Shown: piece by piece, positions 11,901 to 24,829 of the stretch
Numbering within the stretch: the stretch's first letter is position 1
How the letters are laid out: every line of letters begins with the position of its first letter
Assembly: GCA_030390025.1 (NCBI GenBank)
Contig: CM059431.1
Location: forward strand, 121,584,001 to 121,648,000
Length of the DNA stretch: 64,000 nucleotides
Source: Squalus acanthias
Lineage: Eukaryota
Direction: 5' to 3'
Notes under the pieces: model-generated
Seen by the model: only the letters and a program-made list of their open reading frames with translations
The model's database searches: none
What the model was told of the DNA's origin: nothing
Position numbers and translations under genes: made by a program

Positions 11901-12680
11901 ATCATAGAATCATAGAACCACAGAAATTTATGGCACAGAAGGAGGCCATTTGGCCCATTGTGTCTGTGCTGACCAAAAAAGAGCTATCCAGCCTAATCCC
12001 ACTTTCCAGCTCTTGGTCCGTAGCCCTGTAGGTTACGGCACTTCAAGTGCATATCCAAGTACGTTTTAAATGCAATGAGGGTTTCTGCCTCTACCACCCT
12101 TTCAGGCAGTGAGTTCCAGACCCCCACCACCCTCTGGGTGAAAAAAGTTCTCCTCAACTCCCCTCTAATCCTTCTACCAATTATTTTAAATCTATGCCCC
12201 CTGGTTATTGACCTCTCTGCTAAAGGAAATAGGTCCTTCTCTCTAGGCCCCTCATAATTTTATACACCTCAATCAAATCTCCCCTCAGCCTCCTCTGTTG
12301 CAAAGAAAACAACCCCAGCCTATCCAATCTTTCCTCATAAGTAAAATTCTCCAGTCTTGGCAACATCCTCGAAAATCTCCTCTGTACTCTCTCTAGTGCA
12401 ATCACATCCTTCCTTTAATGTGGTGACCAGAACTGCATGCAGTATTCTAGCTGCGGCCTAACTCGTGTTTTATACAGTTTATGCACAACCTCCCTGCTCT
12501 TATATTCTATGCCTCGGCTAATAAAGGAAAGTATCCCATATGCCTTCTTAACCAACTTATCTACCTGTCCTGCTACCTTCAGGGATCCATGGATATGCAC
12601 TCCAAGGTCCCACTGTTCTTCTACATTTCTCAGGGTCCTATCATTTATTGTGCATTCCCTTGCCTTGTTAGTCCTTCTCA
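11901..12680 (-). mobile_element. CR1 LINE 3' fragment
   Basis: VRPQLEYCMQFWSPH, LERVQRRFSRML, RLRGDLIEVYKIM; (ATTCTATG)n tail. Confidence 0.9.
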
Positions 12681-12916
12681 GATGGATCTGCCAGATGTTA
12701 GGCAGGTGAGATTTCCAATGCAAAAGTAAGATGATAGCGTTTTGCAGGTAAAATGCGTTTCAATGTTTCCTACTGCTGTCGTATTCATTTGGAAATGACT
12801 TGTGAATCTTGAAGTTTTCTCCATAATTCAGAATTAACCAATCTCTGTGCACTGACTGATTTAAACCATTGTTCTTCAATAAATTGAAAGTTGGTATTTT
12901 TTTTAATAAAGATGTA

Positions 12917-13667
12917 GGGCTGGATTTTGATACTGGGGCGGGTTGGGGTCGTATCATCCGCATTTCGTGTTATCCACCCGACTGCAATTGGATGTGGGAG
13001 ATTGATGCAATTTTCACCTAATTGGGCAATTGAGTTCCAGCATGTGGGAACCCATGAACCAATTAGTGGTTTCAGTCTGAAAGTCGCCTCTGATGATGTC
13101 ATCATTGTTGCTGCATTGCAGGTCAGAGACTGCCTGGCCTTTGCTGTGAGAGGACCTGGATGCAAAATGAGCAGCATCTCAGAGAGAGAGAGAGAGAGAG
13201 AGAATTTTTTTTTTGCATCCAGGTCCTCTCACAGCAAAGGCCAGGCAGTCTCTGAAGACATTCAATGCAGCAGCATCAGAGGCAACTTTCAGACCTAATA
13301 CTACTACTACCTTCATCACATCTCCGTTGTAATAGTGGACCTGCAGCTGATAGTCAGCTATCCACTTGTGCTCCCACCAGGTTTCACTGGCGTGTTTCAG
13401 ATCAGGCGTGCTTCACGTGGGAAAAGGGTTAAACTAGCTAAAATGTTTTAAAATGGCATTACAGAGCCAATTCAGGGCTTGTTAAGGGCTTTAATGGCCT
13501 CTCCCGCCACTTGGAGGCGGGACGGAGACAGGACCACCGCACACGATTTCATCAAAATTGCGTGAAGGCGGTATGGAGGCGGGATCGGGTCCGCCCACAA
13601 CTTTTCGCAATTTTAACCCCCCACACACCTCCAAACCCGCCTCCACGGGTCTATGAAAATCCAGCCC
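12917..13667. mobile_element. Harbinger-type MITE family A, copy 1 (internal hairpin)
   Basis: TIR GGGCTGGATTTT/AAAATCCAGCCC, TSD GTA; homologous to 16123-18401 and 34991-35718. Confidence 0.9.
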
Positions 13668-14388
13668 GTAGTGTTAGAATATTGGACACCAGTTGGGGCT
13701 GATTGTCCTATTATTGAACCTGGGCATATTGGATCGCCTGGCTACAGCACGTAAAGCAAAGTCAGGTTGGGAGGATCACACACTGGTTGTGCAGCTCGTC
13801 CAATTTTCCATCCATTTCAGTTAAAGATGGCTGAAAAATTGGAGGATTTATATATAAGAGCAAGTTTATCCGGCAATTAGATTGAACCAGACAGAGCAGT
13901 AAGGTTCCATGTTTGATTCCTAGTTTATATTAAGTTAGCTGGTCTTAGCGAAGATGTGCTATAATTGGATCGCTAGGAGTAGATTGATTGGCCACCTCTC
14001 TTAGCGAGGAAATAGTGTGCGGTTCAGGGAAACTGAATGAAAGGGAAGAAAATTAAACACAATTTAAAAATTGGGGTAAAACTTTTCAATAATAGATATG
14101 AGTGCTTAAAATTTGCAAGTAAAGTAAACTATAAATATTACAGTAAACTCCGGCTTTTGACAACTGATTTAATCATCAGTACAAAATCTGTATACACACA
14201 GAGATATATAGTAGGTACATTCATCACATGACCATGGAAAATCCTATGTAAACACCTGTTATGGAGTTATGCATGTTAAATGTGTCTACAATGACCTATT
14301 TCATTTGTAACCTTTTTGCTTCTCAGACCTATAACCCTCCAGTATGACTTCCCAATAATAATGTGGCACTGTCATGCTGAAATACATT

Positions 14389-15151
14389 GGCTCAGAAATG
14401 CGGGTTGGAGGCTTCCCGCGGGTGCAAGCCCCCGACCTGCACTTACATAGCGCACCTGCCGTTGTGCTGTGGGCCCGCGTGAGATTCCGATCCTGTGCCT
14501 GCTCCAGCTGCCGGTGTGCAGGGCTCGCGTATCCCAGCGGCGAAGCTAGTTCGCAGCATCCCCTGGGATCACGTGGGCCATGGGGAGCCAATCGGAGCAG
14601 GGAATCTCCATTCATAGATTTGACAGGAAGACCTGTCAAATTTATGAATAGAGATCGGCCCCAAAACCTAAGTAAAACTTCAAATAAATTTAAAAAAAAA
14701 TCACATTTTTAAAATAACTATAAATTACATAAATTAACTATTTTAAACAAAAATTAAAATTTTTGAAAAAATTAATTAAAGTTTTTAACAGGGCTAAAAA
14801 TAAACTTACCTTTCTTTAAAGTATTTAAAAATGATAAACCTGTGGAAAAAATGTTTCAATTTTACTTAATTCACCTCTTACCTTGTTAAAAGCAAGCCTT
14901 GCGCCTGCTTTTTCCACGCGCAGCTGCTAGGGACTTACCCGCACGGAGAAACCTGTAAAAAAAGCGGAAGTTCCAGGTCTACGCGCTGCCTCTCCTGCGC
15001 ACGCGTTTGACCTGTGAACCCCTTCCTTCAAGGAAACGGAAGTTCCGGTTTCCAGCGCATGCGCAGTGCATGCGCGAAACCGGCACTTTCGTTGGCCTTG
15101 CGGGTGAGTACACAGCGCGTACTCACCCGTGGGGACCCGAATTTCTGGGCC
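14389..15151. mobile_element. MITE family B, copy 1
   Basis: TIR GGCTCAGAAAT/ATTTCTGGGCC, flanks ATT/AAT; AT-rich core; homologous to 25980-26740 and 27503-28180. Confidence 0.8.
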
Positions 15152-16470
15152 AATGCAGCTTTGAGTCTGCAGGCAGTTACATGCTCTGGCCACTGGATGG
15201 CGCTGCAGATCAATATTTCAACCCTCTCCATTGGACATCTTTATCAGCCATGTTGCTTTTGCTGTCTACAATGCAAGTATCCAGACAACTTATGGGTTCT
15301 TTTAAAGTTCATTTTCTTTTATGTTAACTTTTGCACCCTCCTAGGTGATGTTCGATCACTACTGCCTGCCTCCTCCTGCAGTTCTCTGCCTGATGTTTAT
15401 GCCTCGGGTGCCACTCGTTTTCCAGAACTTCAGTTCCTCTGTTAGCTCCCCCATTTTGTTTTTATATTGCTGCTATTTTGACCCACTCACGCTTCGCAGT
15501 ACCACCATGTCAGACTGCTCGGGTCTCACAGTGTCACCATTTTGGCCCACTCAGGCCTCCTGTTTGCATATTTCAATCTGGTTGGGCCTTCTGCTGCCAA
15601 CATTTTGGGCCTTGGGCTGTGCGCCCCCATTTGCCCATTTAGGCCTCAGAGGTATAGAGGCAGCAAAAGAGGGCGACATGGGGGTATTCAGAGTGGTGAT
15701 GTGTCAGAAAGAGAAGGGAATATGGGGGCACATAGTGAAAAAGGTGGACGTGGGTGGCAGTAAAAGAGGGTTCAGGAGGACCTCGTTGTTCGGGGGGGGG
15801 GGGAGGCCTAGGGCAGGGGTGGCGTAACCTTTCCTTGTGGAGCCCGAGGAGCACTCCTGCTTCTTCTGGTGCCACGAGGAAAGTAAAAAAAAAGAAGATT
15901 CAGTTACCATTGTGGCCACTTCTGGCCCAGCCTCCTTTTCCCGCTGCGTTGCGGAGTGAGGAAGCCACAGGGTTTCCCAGTACAGGCCTCCAATTAAACC
16001 TGCAGTGGGCCCCCGATGACTTCATTGGAGCTCCACCTGCATATTTAAAGACTGGCTTCCAGCAGGTAGCACACTCGCCTGCTCATACAACAGGTTGAGA
16101 TCGGAATCCGTGGAAAGACAGTGGGCTGGATTTTGATACTGGGGCGGGTTGGGGTCGTGTTATCCACTTTTCGTGTTATCCACCCGACTACAATTGGATG
16201 TGGGAGACTGATACGATTTTCACCTAATTGGGCAATTGAGTTCCAGCATGTGGGAACCCATGACCCAATTAGTGTTTTCAGTCTGAAAGTCGCCTCTGAT
16301 GATGTCATCATTGCTGCTGCATTGAAGGTCTTCAGAGACTGCCTGGCCTTTGCTGTGAGAGGACCTGGAGGCAAAATGAACAGCAGCAGCCCTAAGTCTG
16401 CTCCCAGATATTTTTGCACCACCACTCCCAGATATGTCTCCCATTCACCACCAGATCAATCAATCAATCA

Positions 16471-17844
16471 GACTGGAAAACTGCTAATGTAACACCCTTA
16501 TTTAAAAAGGGCAGTAGACAGAAGGCTGGTAACTATAGACCGGTTAGCCTAACATCTGTGGTAGGTAAAATTTTGGAGTCCATTATTAAGGAAACAGTAA
16601 CAGGACATTTGGATAATCATAATTTAATAGGACAAAGTCAGCATGGTTTTACGAAGGGGAAGTCATGTTTGACAAATTTGCTGGAGTTCTTTGAGGAAGT
16701 AACATATAGAGTGGATAAAGGGGAACCAGTGGACGTAGTGTATTTAGACTTCCAAAAGGCATTTGACAAGGTGCCACACAAAAGATTATTGCTTAAGGTA
16801 AAAAATCACGGAATTGGGGGTAATATTCTGGCATGGATAGAGGATTGGCTATCTAACAGAAAGCAAAGAGTTGGGATAAATGGTTCATTCTCAGACTGGC
16901 AATCAGTAACTAGTGGTGTTCCACAGGGGTCAGTGCTGGGTCCCCAACTCTTCACAATCTATATTAACGATTTGGAGGAAGGGACCAAGTGTAACATATC
17001 AAAATTTGCAGATGATACAAAGATGGGAGGGAAAGTAGTGAATGAGGAGGACATAAAAAACCTGCAAGGGGACATAGACAGGCTAAGTAAGTGGGCAGAG
17101 ATTTGGCAGATGGAATACAACACTGGAAAGTGTGAGGTGATGCACTTTGGCAGGAAAAATCCTAGAGCAATTTATTATCTTAATGGCAAGAAACTGGAGA
17201 GTACTGAAGTGCAAAGGGATCTGGGGGTCCTGGTGCACGAAACTCAAAAGGTTAGTATGCAGGTGCAGCAAGTGATTAAGAAGGCAAATGGAATGTTGGC
17301 TTTCATTGCTAGGGGGATAGAATATAAAAATAGGGAGGTATTGCTTCAGTTGTACAAGGTATTGGTGAGACCGCACCTGGAATACTGCATACAGTTTTGG
17401 TGTCCTTACTTAAGGAAAGACATCCTTGCTCTCGAGGCAGTGCAAAAAAGGTTCATTCGGTTAATCCCGGGGATGAGGGGGTGGTCATATGAGGAGAGGT
17501 TGGGTAGATTGGGACTCTACTCATTGGAGTTCAGAAGAATGAGAGGCGATCTTATTGAAACATATAAGATTGTGAAGGGGTTGGATCGGGTGGATGCGGG
17601 GAGGATGTTCCCGATGACGGGTGAGACGAGAACTAGGGGGCATAGTCTTAGAATAAGGGGCTGCTCTTTCAAAACTGAGATGAGGAGGAACTACTTCACT
17701 CAGAGGGTGGTAGGTCCATGGAATATGCTGCCACAAAAAGCTGTAGAAGCTACAACATTAATTAAATTTAAAACAGAAATAGACAGTTTCCTAGAAGTAA
17801 AGGGCATTAAGGGTTACGGGGAGCGGGCAGGAATTTGGACATGA
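16471..17844 (+). CDS. CR1 LINE ORF2 reverse transcriptase, 5'-truncated but uninterrupted
   Basis: DWKTANVTPLFKKG, NYRPVSLTS, QHGFTKGKSC, YLDFQKAFDKV, GVPQGSVLGP, KFADDTK, RPHLEYC. Confidence 0.95.
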   Translation, partial: DWKTANVTPLFKKGSRQKAGNYRPVSLTSVVGKILESIIKETVTGHLDNHNLIGQSQHGFTKGKSCLTNLLEFFEEVTYRVDKGEPVDVVYLDFQKAFDKVPHKRLLLKVKNHGIGGNILAWIEDWLSNRKQRVGINGSFSDWQSVTSGVPQGSVLGPQLFTIYINDLEEGTKCNISKFADDTKMGGKVVNEEDIKNLQGDIDRLSKWAEIWQMEYNTGKCEVMHFGRKNPRAIYYLNGKKLESTEVQRDLGVLVHETQKVSMQVQQVIKKANGMLAFIARGIEYKNREVLLQLYKVLVRPHLEYCIQFWCPYLRKDILALEAVQKRFIRLIPGMRGWSYEERLGRLGLYSLEFRRMRGDLIETYKIVKGLDRVDAGRMFPMTGETRTRGHSLRIRGCSFKTEMRRNYFTQRVVGPWNMLPQKAVEATTLIKFKTEIDSFLEVKGIKGYGERAGIWT

Positions 17845-18076
17845 GTCTAGGTTCGGATCGGTCATGGCCCTGTGGGTAGTGGAGCGGGCCCAGGGACTGT
17901 GTAGCCTGATTCTGCTCCTATTTCGTGTGTGCAATTCTGTTAGATGCAGGAGATGGTTCTGTGATAGATAGTAGATTGGCGGTTAGGATCAGATCAGCCA
18001 TGATCTTATTGAATGGCGGAGCAGGCTCGAGGGGCCGATTGGCCTACTCCTGCTCCTATTTCTTATGTTCTTATGT
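16471..18076 (+). mobile_element. CR1 LINE (HER1-like), young 5'-truncated copy
   Basis: Open RT ORF, 3' UTR ending TCTTATGTTCTTATG. Confidence 0.9.
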
Positions 18077-18639
18077 TAATTAGCCAGCCAGCCAGCCAGC
18101 TGTGCTCCCATCGGGTTTCACATTCGTGGTTCAGAACAGGCGTGCTTCACGTAGAAGAAGGGTTAAAATCACAAAGGCCTTTCAAAATGGCATTATAGAT
18201 GTAATTTAGTGCTTGTTAAGGGCCTTAACAGCCTATCCCGCCTCTTAGAGGCGGGACGGAGTCGGGACCAGCAGACACGATTTAATGAAAATTGCGTGGA
18301 GGCGGAATGGAGACGGGATTGTGCCCGCCCGCCAGTTTTCACAATTTTAACCCCCCACACGCCTCCAAACCCACTTCCACGGGTCAATGAAAATCCAACC
18401 CAGTGTGATTGGTGCGGGCGAGCCCCATGGATCATTTTAACCACCTTCGGGTGAGCAGGATTTAAATCGGCTTTATTATTTCTGAAAACTATAGTAAATA
18501 ATTACCATAGCATACAGGTGAAAGATCTCTTTCCTTTAGATGTAGTGATATTACAAACATGGGCCGGGAATATCCTCGGGGGTTATCGATTGATCGACTA
18601 ATGTTACTCCGGTGGAAGACCGGCAGAAACCCCGTTTAC

Positions 18640-18900
18640 ATAGGAACAGGAGTAGACCATTCAGCCCCTCGAGCCTGTTCCTCCATTCAATTAGATCATG
18701 GCTGATCTGTATCTTATCTCTATCCACCTTGCTTCTGTATCCCTAATATCCTTACGTAACACAAATCTATCAATCTCTGTTTTGAAATTTTCAATTGACC
18801 TAGCCTCAATAGCTTTTTCAGGGAGAGAGTTCCAGATTTCCACTGCCCTTTGTGTGAACAAGTACATTCTGCCATCAAGCCTTAGCGGCCTAGCTCTGGT
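18640..18900 (-). mobile_element. CR1 3' UTR fragment inside a small TIR-like element (~18563-18977)
   Basis: GGAACAGGAGTAGACCATTCAGCCCCTCGAGCC...GATCATGGCTGATC is the reverse complement of the CR1 tail seen at ~18000-18060. Confidence 0.7.
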
Positions 18901-19014
18901 TTATCAGGGATTTATGCTGATCTTTCCCGGAAATAATGACTGGTGATGGGGAAAACCTCCGAGGAAACTTGTGGCAGTTTTTTATAAACGCACCTATCAA
19001 TTTGCTCTTTGCAA

Positions 19015-19130
19015 CTTCGCTGCCACGTTTCCTACATTGCAACAGTGACTACACTTCAAAAGTACTTAATTGGCTGTAAAGCGCTTTGGAACATCCTGAG
19101 TTTGTGAAAGGTGCTATATGAATGCAAATC
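19015..19130 (+). mobile_element. Deu-SINE 3' tail fragment
   Basis: GTTTCCTACATTGCAACAGTGACTACACTTCAAAAGTACTTAATTGGCTGTAAAGCGCTTTGG. Confidence 0.65.
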
Positions 19131-19949
19131 ATTTTTTAATGTGTTGAATCACACACTTTTCAAATGTGCAGAAATAAGCCCATTTATTCCCTGCATGGAA
19201 AAACATTTCAAACGAGAGGTTCCTTATCATATTTTTAATGGTGTTGTTTGAAATTGTGACCCAGAATGCCTGGCAGAGAGCAAAGTGAGAAAAATAATCC
19301 AATTGTTGCAAGAAAGCAGTGAAGAGGAGAGTGTTTGTTTAGTTTTTTATGAAGAGGGAACTGGTTCTATGATTATTGTTGGCAGTCACTTTTACTGAGA
19401 ATGAGCACACAGCTGAATGATATTTTTTAACTGCCAATGACTTATGGAAAATTATGTGTGGCCAGATTGTTGTCCCATACATGTATCTCACACATATATA
19501 AATATCCAGGCACACACACAATAAAGGAATAAAATATCATCCAACAATTAATCAATCTATTGGCTTAGTCTAAAAATAAAGCGCTATGTTAAGTGAGAAT
19601 ATGAAATTGCCTCAGGATGGTCTCGACCAAATAAAAACAATACTCAACCCATAATAACTCTTTCTCCTCTGACTGACTCTGATTCAAACTCCATAGGCAA
19701 AAAATTTGAGGACTTTATGCCTCCCGTTACCATCAGAAAATGGCAAAAGAGCAGCAGCCTTGTGTAGGGAGTGCTGCTGGATGCTTGCAAGGCCTTGGAT
19801 GGTAAAGGAAAGCCTCTGAGAAAACAGAAAATGCTGGAAATACTCAACAGGTCAGGCAACATCCGTGGAGAGAGAAATAGAGTTCACGTTTCAGGTCAAG
19901 ATGATACCTGACCTGCTGAGTGTTTCCAGCATTTTATGCTGTCATTTGA

Positions 19950-21110
19950 GATTTACACCACCCGCTTGCAGAGGGAAGGGGAAGACACAGAAGAGGAAGA
20001 AGCAGAAGAGGAGGAAGCAGATGGAAGGATGCATCCCAGACAGCCCCTTTGTGGCCGAGACATCCGAGACGGAATCATCCGCCTGTTGTCCCAGTGACCA
20101 CAAACAAAATTCCCCTTTCAACATTTGTCCTACACCTTACCTTCCCTCTGTTGTTGACCATCACAGTGTCCTCTTGGCCGCAATGCTGAAATAAAAGCCA
20201 CCACAGAGGAAACATTCCATTCCAACTTTATATATCTATCCATCCAATATGACATCCAGAAATCAAATAATCACCCTTATGCATTCTCTTAGTGACTGTC
20301 TTGTGTGTATTGCCTTTGCCTATCCTAGTGATGTCACGCAGTGCTACCCCAGTGGTTGCAGCTTGGCTGGTGGAAGGCTGCTGACTTTCAGTGGGGACAC
20401 TTCAAATGGTCTTGCTGGTTGACCTTGAGGAGCTGATGGCTGGGAGTGTCAAATCAATTCTCTTCTTCTTCTTCTTCTGCTTCTTCTTCACTCTCCTTTC
20501 CTCTTCTTGGTCATCCATTGGCTGCGTAGGCTGCATTTCTTGGGTGTCTGAAATGAGCAAGGCACAAGGGTAGAGTTGTGGTGAGGGGAGGGTGAGAAAG
20601 CAAGAGGTGCATACGAGAAGGATGATAATGTGTGAGGATACCAGCATCATGTATACTTTCGGCCCCACCACTGGCCAAGGGTTTAGCCATGCTCCTGCCA
20701 AGAATGGCCAGCACCGTCTCCTCCAAGGGGGTGAGGTGAGGCTAGAAATGGGAGATGTGCCTCGTGTTTGGTAGAGATTGTTGGTAGGTGAGTGATTGGG
20801 GGTGGGGGGAGTCGTGCATTGAGCAGTGTGTGAGGCTAGTGAGGCAGTTGGTAGGAGATGGCTTTTGACGATGCATTCACTGACCTTAACCAGTGGTCTG
20901 AGGTCATGAAGCTTCTTTGGGCACTGGAGCCAGGTGGTGGGGGCGACACTGGTGGCAGGGACGGCCTCAGTGATCTGGTCCCACATTGTTCTTTCTGGAG
21001 GGCCTCCTGTGGGTAGAGGATGTCTCTTGCAGTGTTGAACCCCTGCACAAAGCTGGAGTGCTCCATGCGAGACCCTGGGTACCACTTCCCTGGCTTGCTG
21101 ATCCATTTGT
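19950..21110 (-). pseudogene. Harbinger remnant: Myb/SANT gene with introns
   Basis: ORF 20402-21106: MWDQITEAV...TWLQCPKKLHDLRPLVK followed by GTGAGT donor; acidic downstream exon. Confidence 0.75.
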
Positions 21111-21412
21111 TAGTGCTGAAGCACTTTTCCCATTATTTGAGGTTCGGAAGGGAATTCAGCTTTAAGAACTGAAGAATCCCATTTGGGTCTTCTTTTTAAT
21201 GGTAATTTTTTTTATTGAAAGGCAGTAAGGGCTAAAATGTGCATTTTTTCACTCAATTATAATTTTTATTAGTTTTGAATGCATTGCCCCATTAATTCAT
21301 AACCCCTTTAATTGCCCACAATGCCTTGCGAACTCCACAGCCTCACTCCCACAGGCTGTAAGAAGCTGCAACGCTGACTGTGGTTGGGAACTTCGGGTCA
21401 GAGGCCTCCATT

Positions 21413-21840
21413 ATAGAAACATAGAAACATAGAATCTAGGAGCAGGAGTAGGCCATTCGGCCCGTCGAGCCTGCTCCGCCATTCAATACGATCATGGCTG
21501 ATCATCCAAATCCAGTACCCTGTCCCTGCTTTAATCCCCACAGTACACATATCCCACCCTACCCCCGTAACCCCACGTATTTAATTCCCCCTAACATATC
21601 CCATCCTATCCCCATAACCCCACATATTTAATCCCCCCTAACACTAAGGGTCAATTTATCATAGCCAAATCAACCTAACCCACACATTTTTGGACTGTGG
21701 GAGGAAACCGGAGCACCCGGAGGAAACCCACGCAGACACGGGGAGAATGTGCAAACTCCACACAGACAGTCACCCGAGGTCAGATTCGAACCCGGGTCTC
21801 TGGCGCTGTGAGGCACCAGTGCTAACCACTATGCCACCAC
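21413..21840 (-). mobile_element. HE1/V-type tRNA-derived SINE with CR1-like 3' tail
   Basis: Minus strand GGTGGCATAGTGGTTAGCAC (A box)...GGGTTCGAATC (B box), V-domain GTGGGTTTCCTCCGGGTGCTCCGGTTTCCTCCCAC, tail (TATGTTTC)n. Confidence 0.9.
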
Positions 21841-22026
21841 CAGGAAGACAGTAAGTTAGTGCTGCGCTCCACATCGCCGACCCCCAGCGCAAATTTTTCA
21901 CCGGTAGCATTTTGTGCTGCCATTTTCAGTGGCCGTTAACTGGAGCTGCTGGTGACACCGGTAATTCTGTTGGCACACACAAATTTTTTTTCCCCCCATG
22001 CATTTCTTATGCAGGAAACACTTTAA

Positions 22027-24207
22027 GGCCTACAAATTCGGGGGTTTTGTGTTGGCAGATTAGGCCCGTTATGATGAAAACATGGCCGCCTCACTTCCCC
22101 CTGCTTCCGGTGAGTCCCATGGTGGCCGCCATTTTGGGCAGGTCAGCAACGCTGCCGATGCCCGCGCTCGCTGCAGTTATTTAGATTACGCAGATCATGA
22201 CGTCAGTGAGTGTGCAATGCTCACTTGATGCCCAATTTGCCATTTTCACGTTCGACACTCCACTTACTGGCCTGTAATCATGATCAGCTGACCAAGCGTT
22301 CACTAGCAGGAAGGAGCCTCGAGCAGCACTATTTAAAGGGATCATCATCAACAACTTGCAGCTGATACTGCAACTCCTGCAGCTTTGTAAACTTGTTTGA
22401 AGTTCCTGAGGTAACAGGGAGTGTTGCTGCAAGTGGAGAACACCTTCATTCTCATTTAAAGGCTTCTGCTCACAACACTTGCTCACAGTCATGGACGCTC
22501 TACTTGCAGTCCCCCTTGCTCTTGTATCTTGGGGAGACAGAGTCGAGAAGATGCACACAGAGGGAGGAGGGGCAGGGCCAGGAGGGCTCTCAACAGGAGG
22601 CCTTACCCACCTAGGGTTTTCCGAGAGCACGTCTCTTATCTCCACTTAAGCGAGGAGCAGTGTGTTAGGATGCTCTGCTTCACCAAGGAGGTGGTCACAG
22701 AACTCTGCCACCTCCTGCAACCAGGCCTGCAGCCTCAGACCATGGTGAACACGGCTCCCCCAGTGACCCTCAATTTCTTCACCAGCGGATCCTTCCAGTT
22801 TGCAGCAGGAGACGTAGCTAACATCTCCCAGTTCTCCGTCCATCACTGCATCCGAGAGGTCACGGGGCTCTCTACACCAGTAGAAGGGACTTCATTGTCT
22901 TCTCTCTGAACTGAGAGATGCGGGACAACCGTGCATGTAGCTTTGCCATGATAGTGGGCTTCCCCATGGTGCAGGGTGCCATTGACTGCAACCATGTGGC
23001 TTTGTGGGCGCCGCATATCAATCCTGAGATGTTCCGTAACCGCAAAAGCTACCACTCTCTTAATGTGCAGTTATTGTGCGACCATGCCTAGTGCATCATG
23101 ATGGTCAATGTCCGCTGTCCTGGCAGCAGTCATGATGCTTTAATCCTGCGTCAGTCCAGTGTGCCCGCACTCTTCCAGCCACCACACCAAACCCAAAGGT
23201 GGCTGCTCGGAGACAAGCCCTATCCACCTGTCAGCCTGTCAGCAAGGGCTTCAACTTCTCCCGTTGCCACAGCCTTGGTGACTGCCCCTCCAATGATGTT
23301 GAGCAGGGACTCCTCCAGTTGGCTCAGGGTCTGTACAGCAGTTTGGCCGCCTCCCGTCTGCTGTTGTTCCCGATGGTTGTTAGCCACCTTTGCCTGCAAG
23401 AGAAAGGGAAGTGTATCAGTGAGTGTGGTGCAATGTGTTTGTGTGATGTGCCTGCCATAGTTGAAAAGCTGTCAGTCTGCAAGATGTGTGATGTGGGTGT
23501 CGGTGTTTCAGCAGTGGTAAGGTTGTGAGAGTGATGTGAAGCTATGATTGTGAGGTATCAATGGAGATAGGTAGAGATTGTTAGTAGGTGAGTGATGGGG
23601 ATATGATGCATTGAGCAGTGTGTGAGGCTCGTGGTGCAGATGGTGGGATACAGCATTTGCTGAAGCCTTCACTCAGCTTGACCTGCCGTGTGAGCTCATT
23701 AAACTTCTCCTGGCACTGTATCCATGTCCTTGGCATGGCACTGTTGGCCATGATGTAGGTAGCTATCTCCTGCCAAAGCCTTCTACTGGTAGCTTTTGAT
23801 GGCTTCCCGCCACCCTACGGAACAGGACACCCTGTCTTCTTTCAACTGCCACTACCAAGGCCTCGAGTGCAGCAGCCAAAAACCTTCTTGCTCTCTTGCT
23901 GGATTGTTGTGCCATGGCTTCATTTAGACTGACAATGAGGTGTTGCTGCAACAGACACCTCCCCTTTAAGTAGTGGAGAGAGCCTAGGCCAAACATTACT
24001 GGGCATTAGACTGCGCCCAATATTGGCCCACCTGTTGAGTGCTAAGCCTATCAGTAGCGTGTTTAGCACTGAAATCAGCGCTCCAATCATTATAATGAGC
24101 AGGCAGCATGAATTTTGCATGCTGCCTGGGCTATTCTGAACGGGCGCAGGCAAATAGCGCTAGCCCTTGACACCGCCCATTATTGGGCCTTATCCAATTT
24201 CTAGGCC
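22027..24207. mobile_element. Internally deleted PIF/Harbinger element (transposase + strand ~22490-23225, Myb - strand ~23230-23915)
   Basis: TIR GGCCTACAAATT/AATTTCTAGGCC; RRPYPPRVFREH, GFPMVQGAIDCNHV, PGSSHDALIL, WLLGDKPYP. Confidence 0.85.
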
Positions 24208-24829
24208 TTTGTTTTAGTTTGTGTTTTCATTGCAAAATCTAATCAACGTTTGCTGACATTCATTTTCAATGCTGAAAAATGAGTTTTAGCAATTTGGTTT
24301 ACCTGCGCTATCAATCAGTTTACGCAATTACGAGACGACCTTGTCCACAGAGAATAAAGCATTATTTTGCATTAAAAACTGGCAAGAAGAGTAATATTTT
24401 TCATACTCTTGAAATGACCATATCACTTTTTGCTTTTCCGCCTAAGTGGATTGTTTTTGTTCCAACAAAACTTTAGCCTTTCATCTTTGATGTTATCAGA
24501 CATTTCACTTAGTTAGAAGATATTGGGATAGATATTCGTCTTGGACGGTAACGCAAAATGGGCTGTATTTCCTGGGCCGCCTGTTATTCCACCGCCCAAT
24601 ATTCAGATCCATTGAGATGAGTGGAACTAAATATCTGGTGGAACGTATGACGAGCGCACGACACAGTACCGCTAATTTTGCCATATTGCCCAAGATGAAT
24701 TTTTATCCCAATGCAGGTCAGCGAGCACAGGGGTAATGGGTAAACGGGACTCGGTGGGAGTTTGGATGCGGGCAACAGAGTTTTGGGCGAGCTCAAGTTT
24801 ATGGAGGTGGAAGATGGCAGGCCATCCAG

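Larger units (their letters stand above)
16123..18401. mobile_element. Harbinger-type MITE family A, copy 2, interrupted by CR1
   Basis: TIR GGGCTGGATTTT/AAAATCCAACCC, TSD AGT. Confidence 0.85.

Noticed and set aside
13870..13990. LF-SINE-like remnant
   Set aside because: Similarity too weak to support by eye
19820..19945. Second hammerhead ribozyme
   Set aside because: Fold-back Penelope-end remnant keeps only the GAAA half; 25941-25957 keeps only the CUGAUGA half; neither is complete
21770..21840. tRNA gene
   Set aside because: A/B boxes are the head of a SINE, followed by V-domain and LINE-like tail
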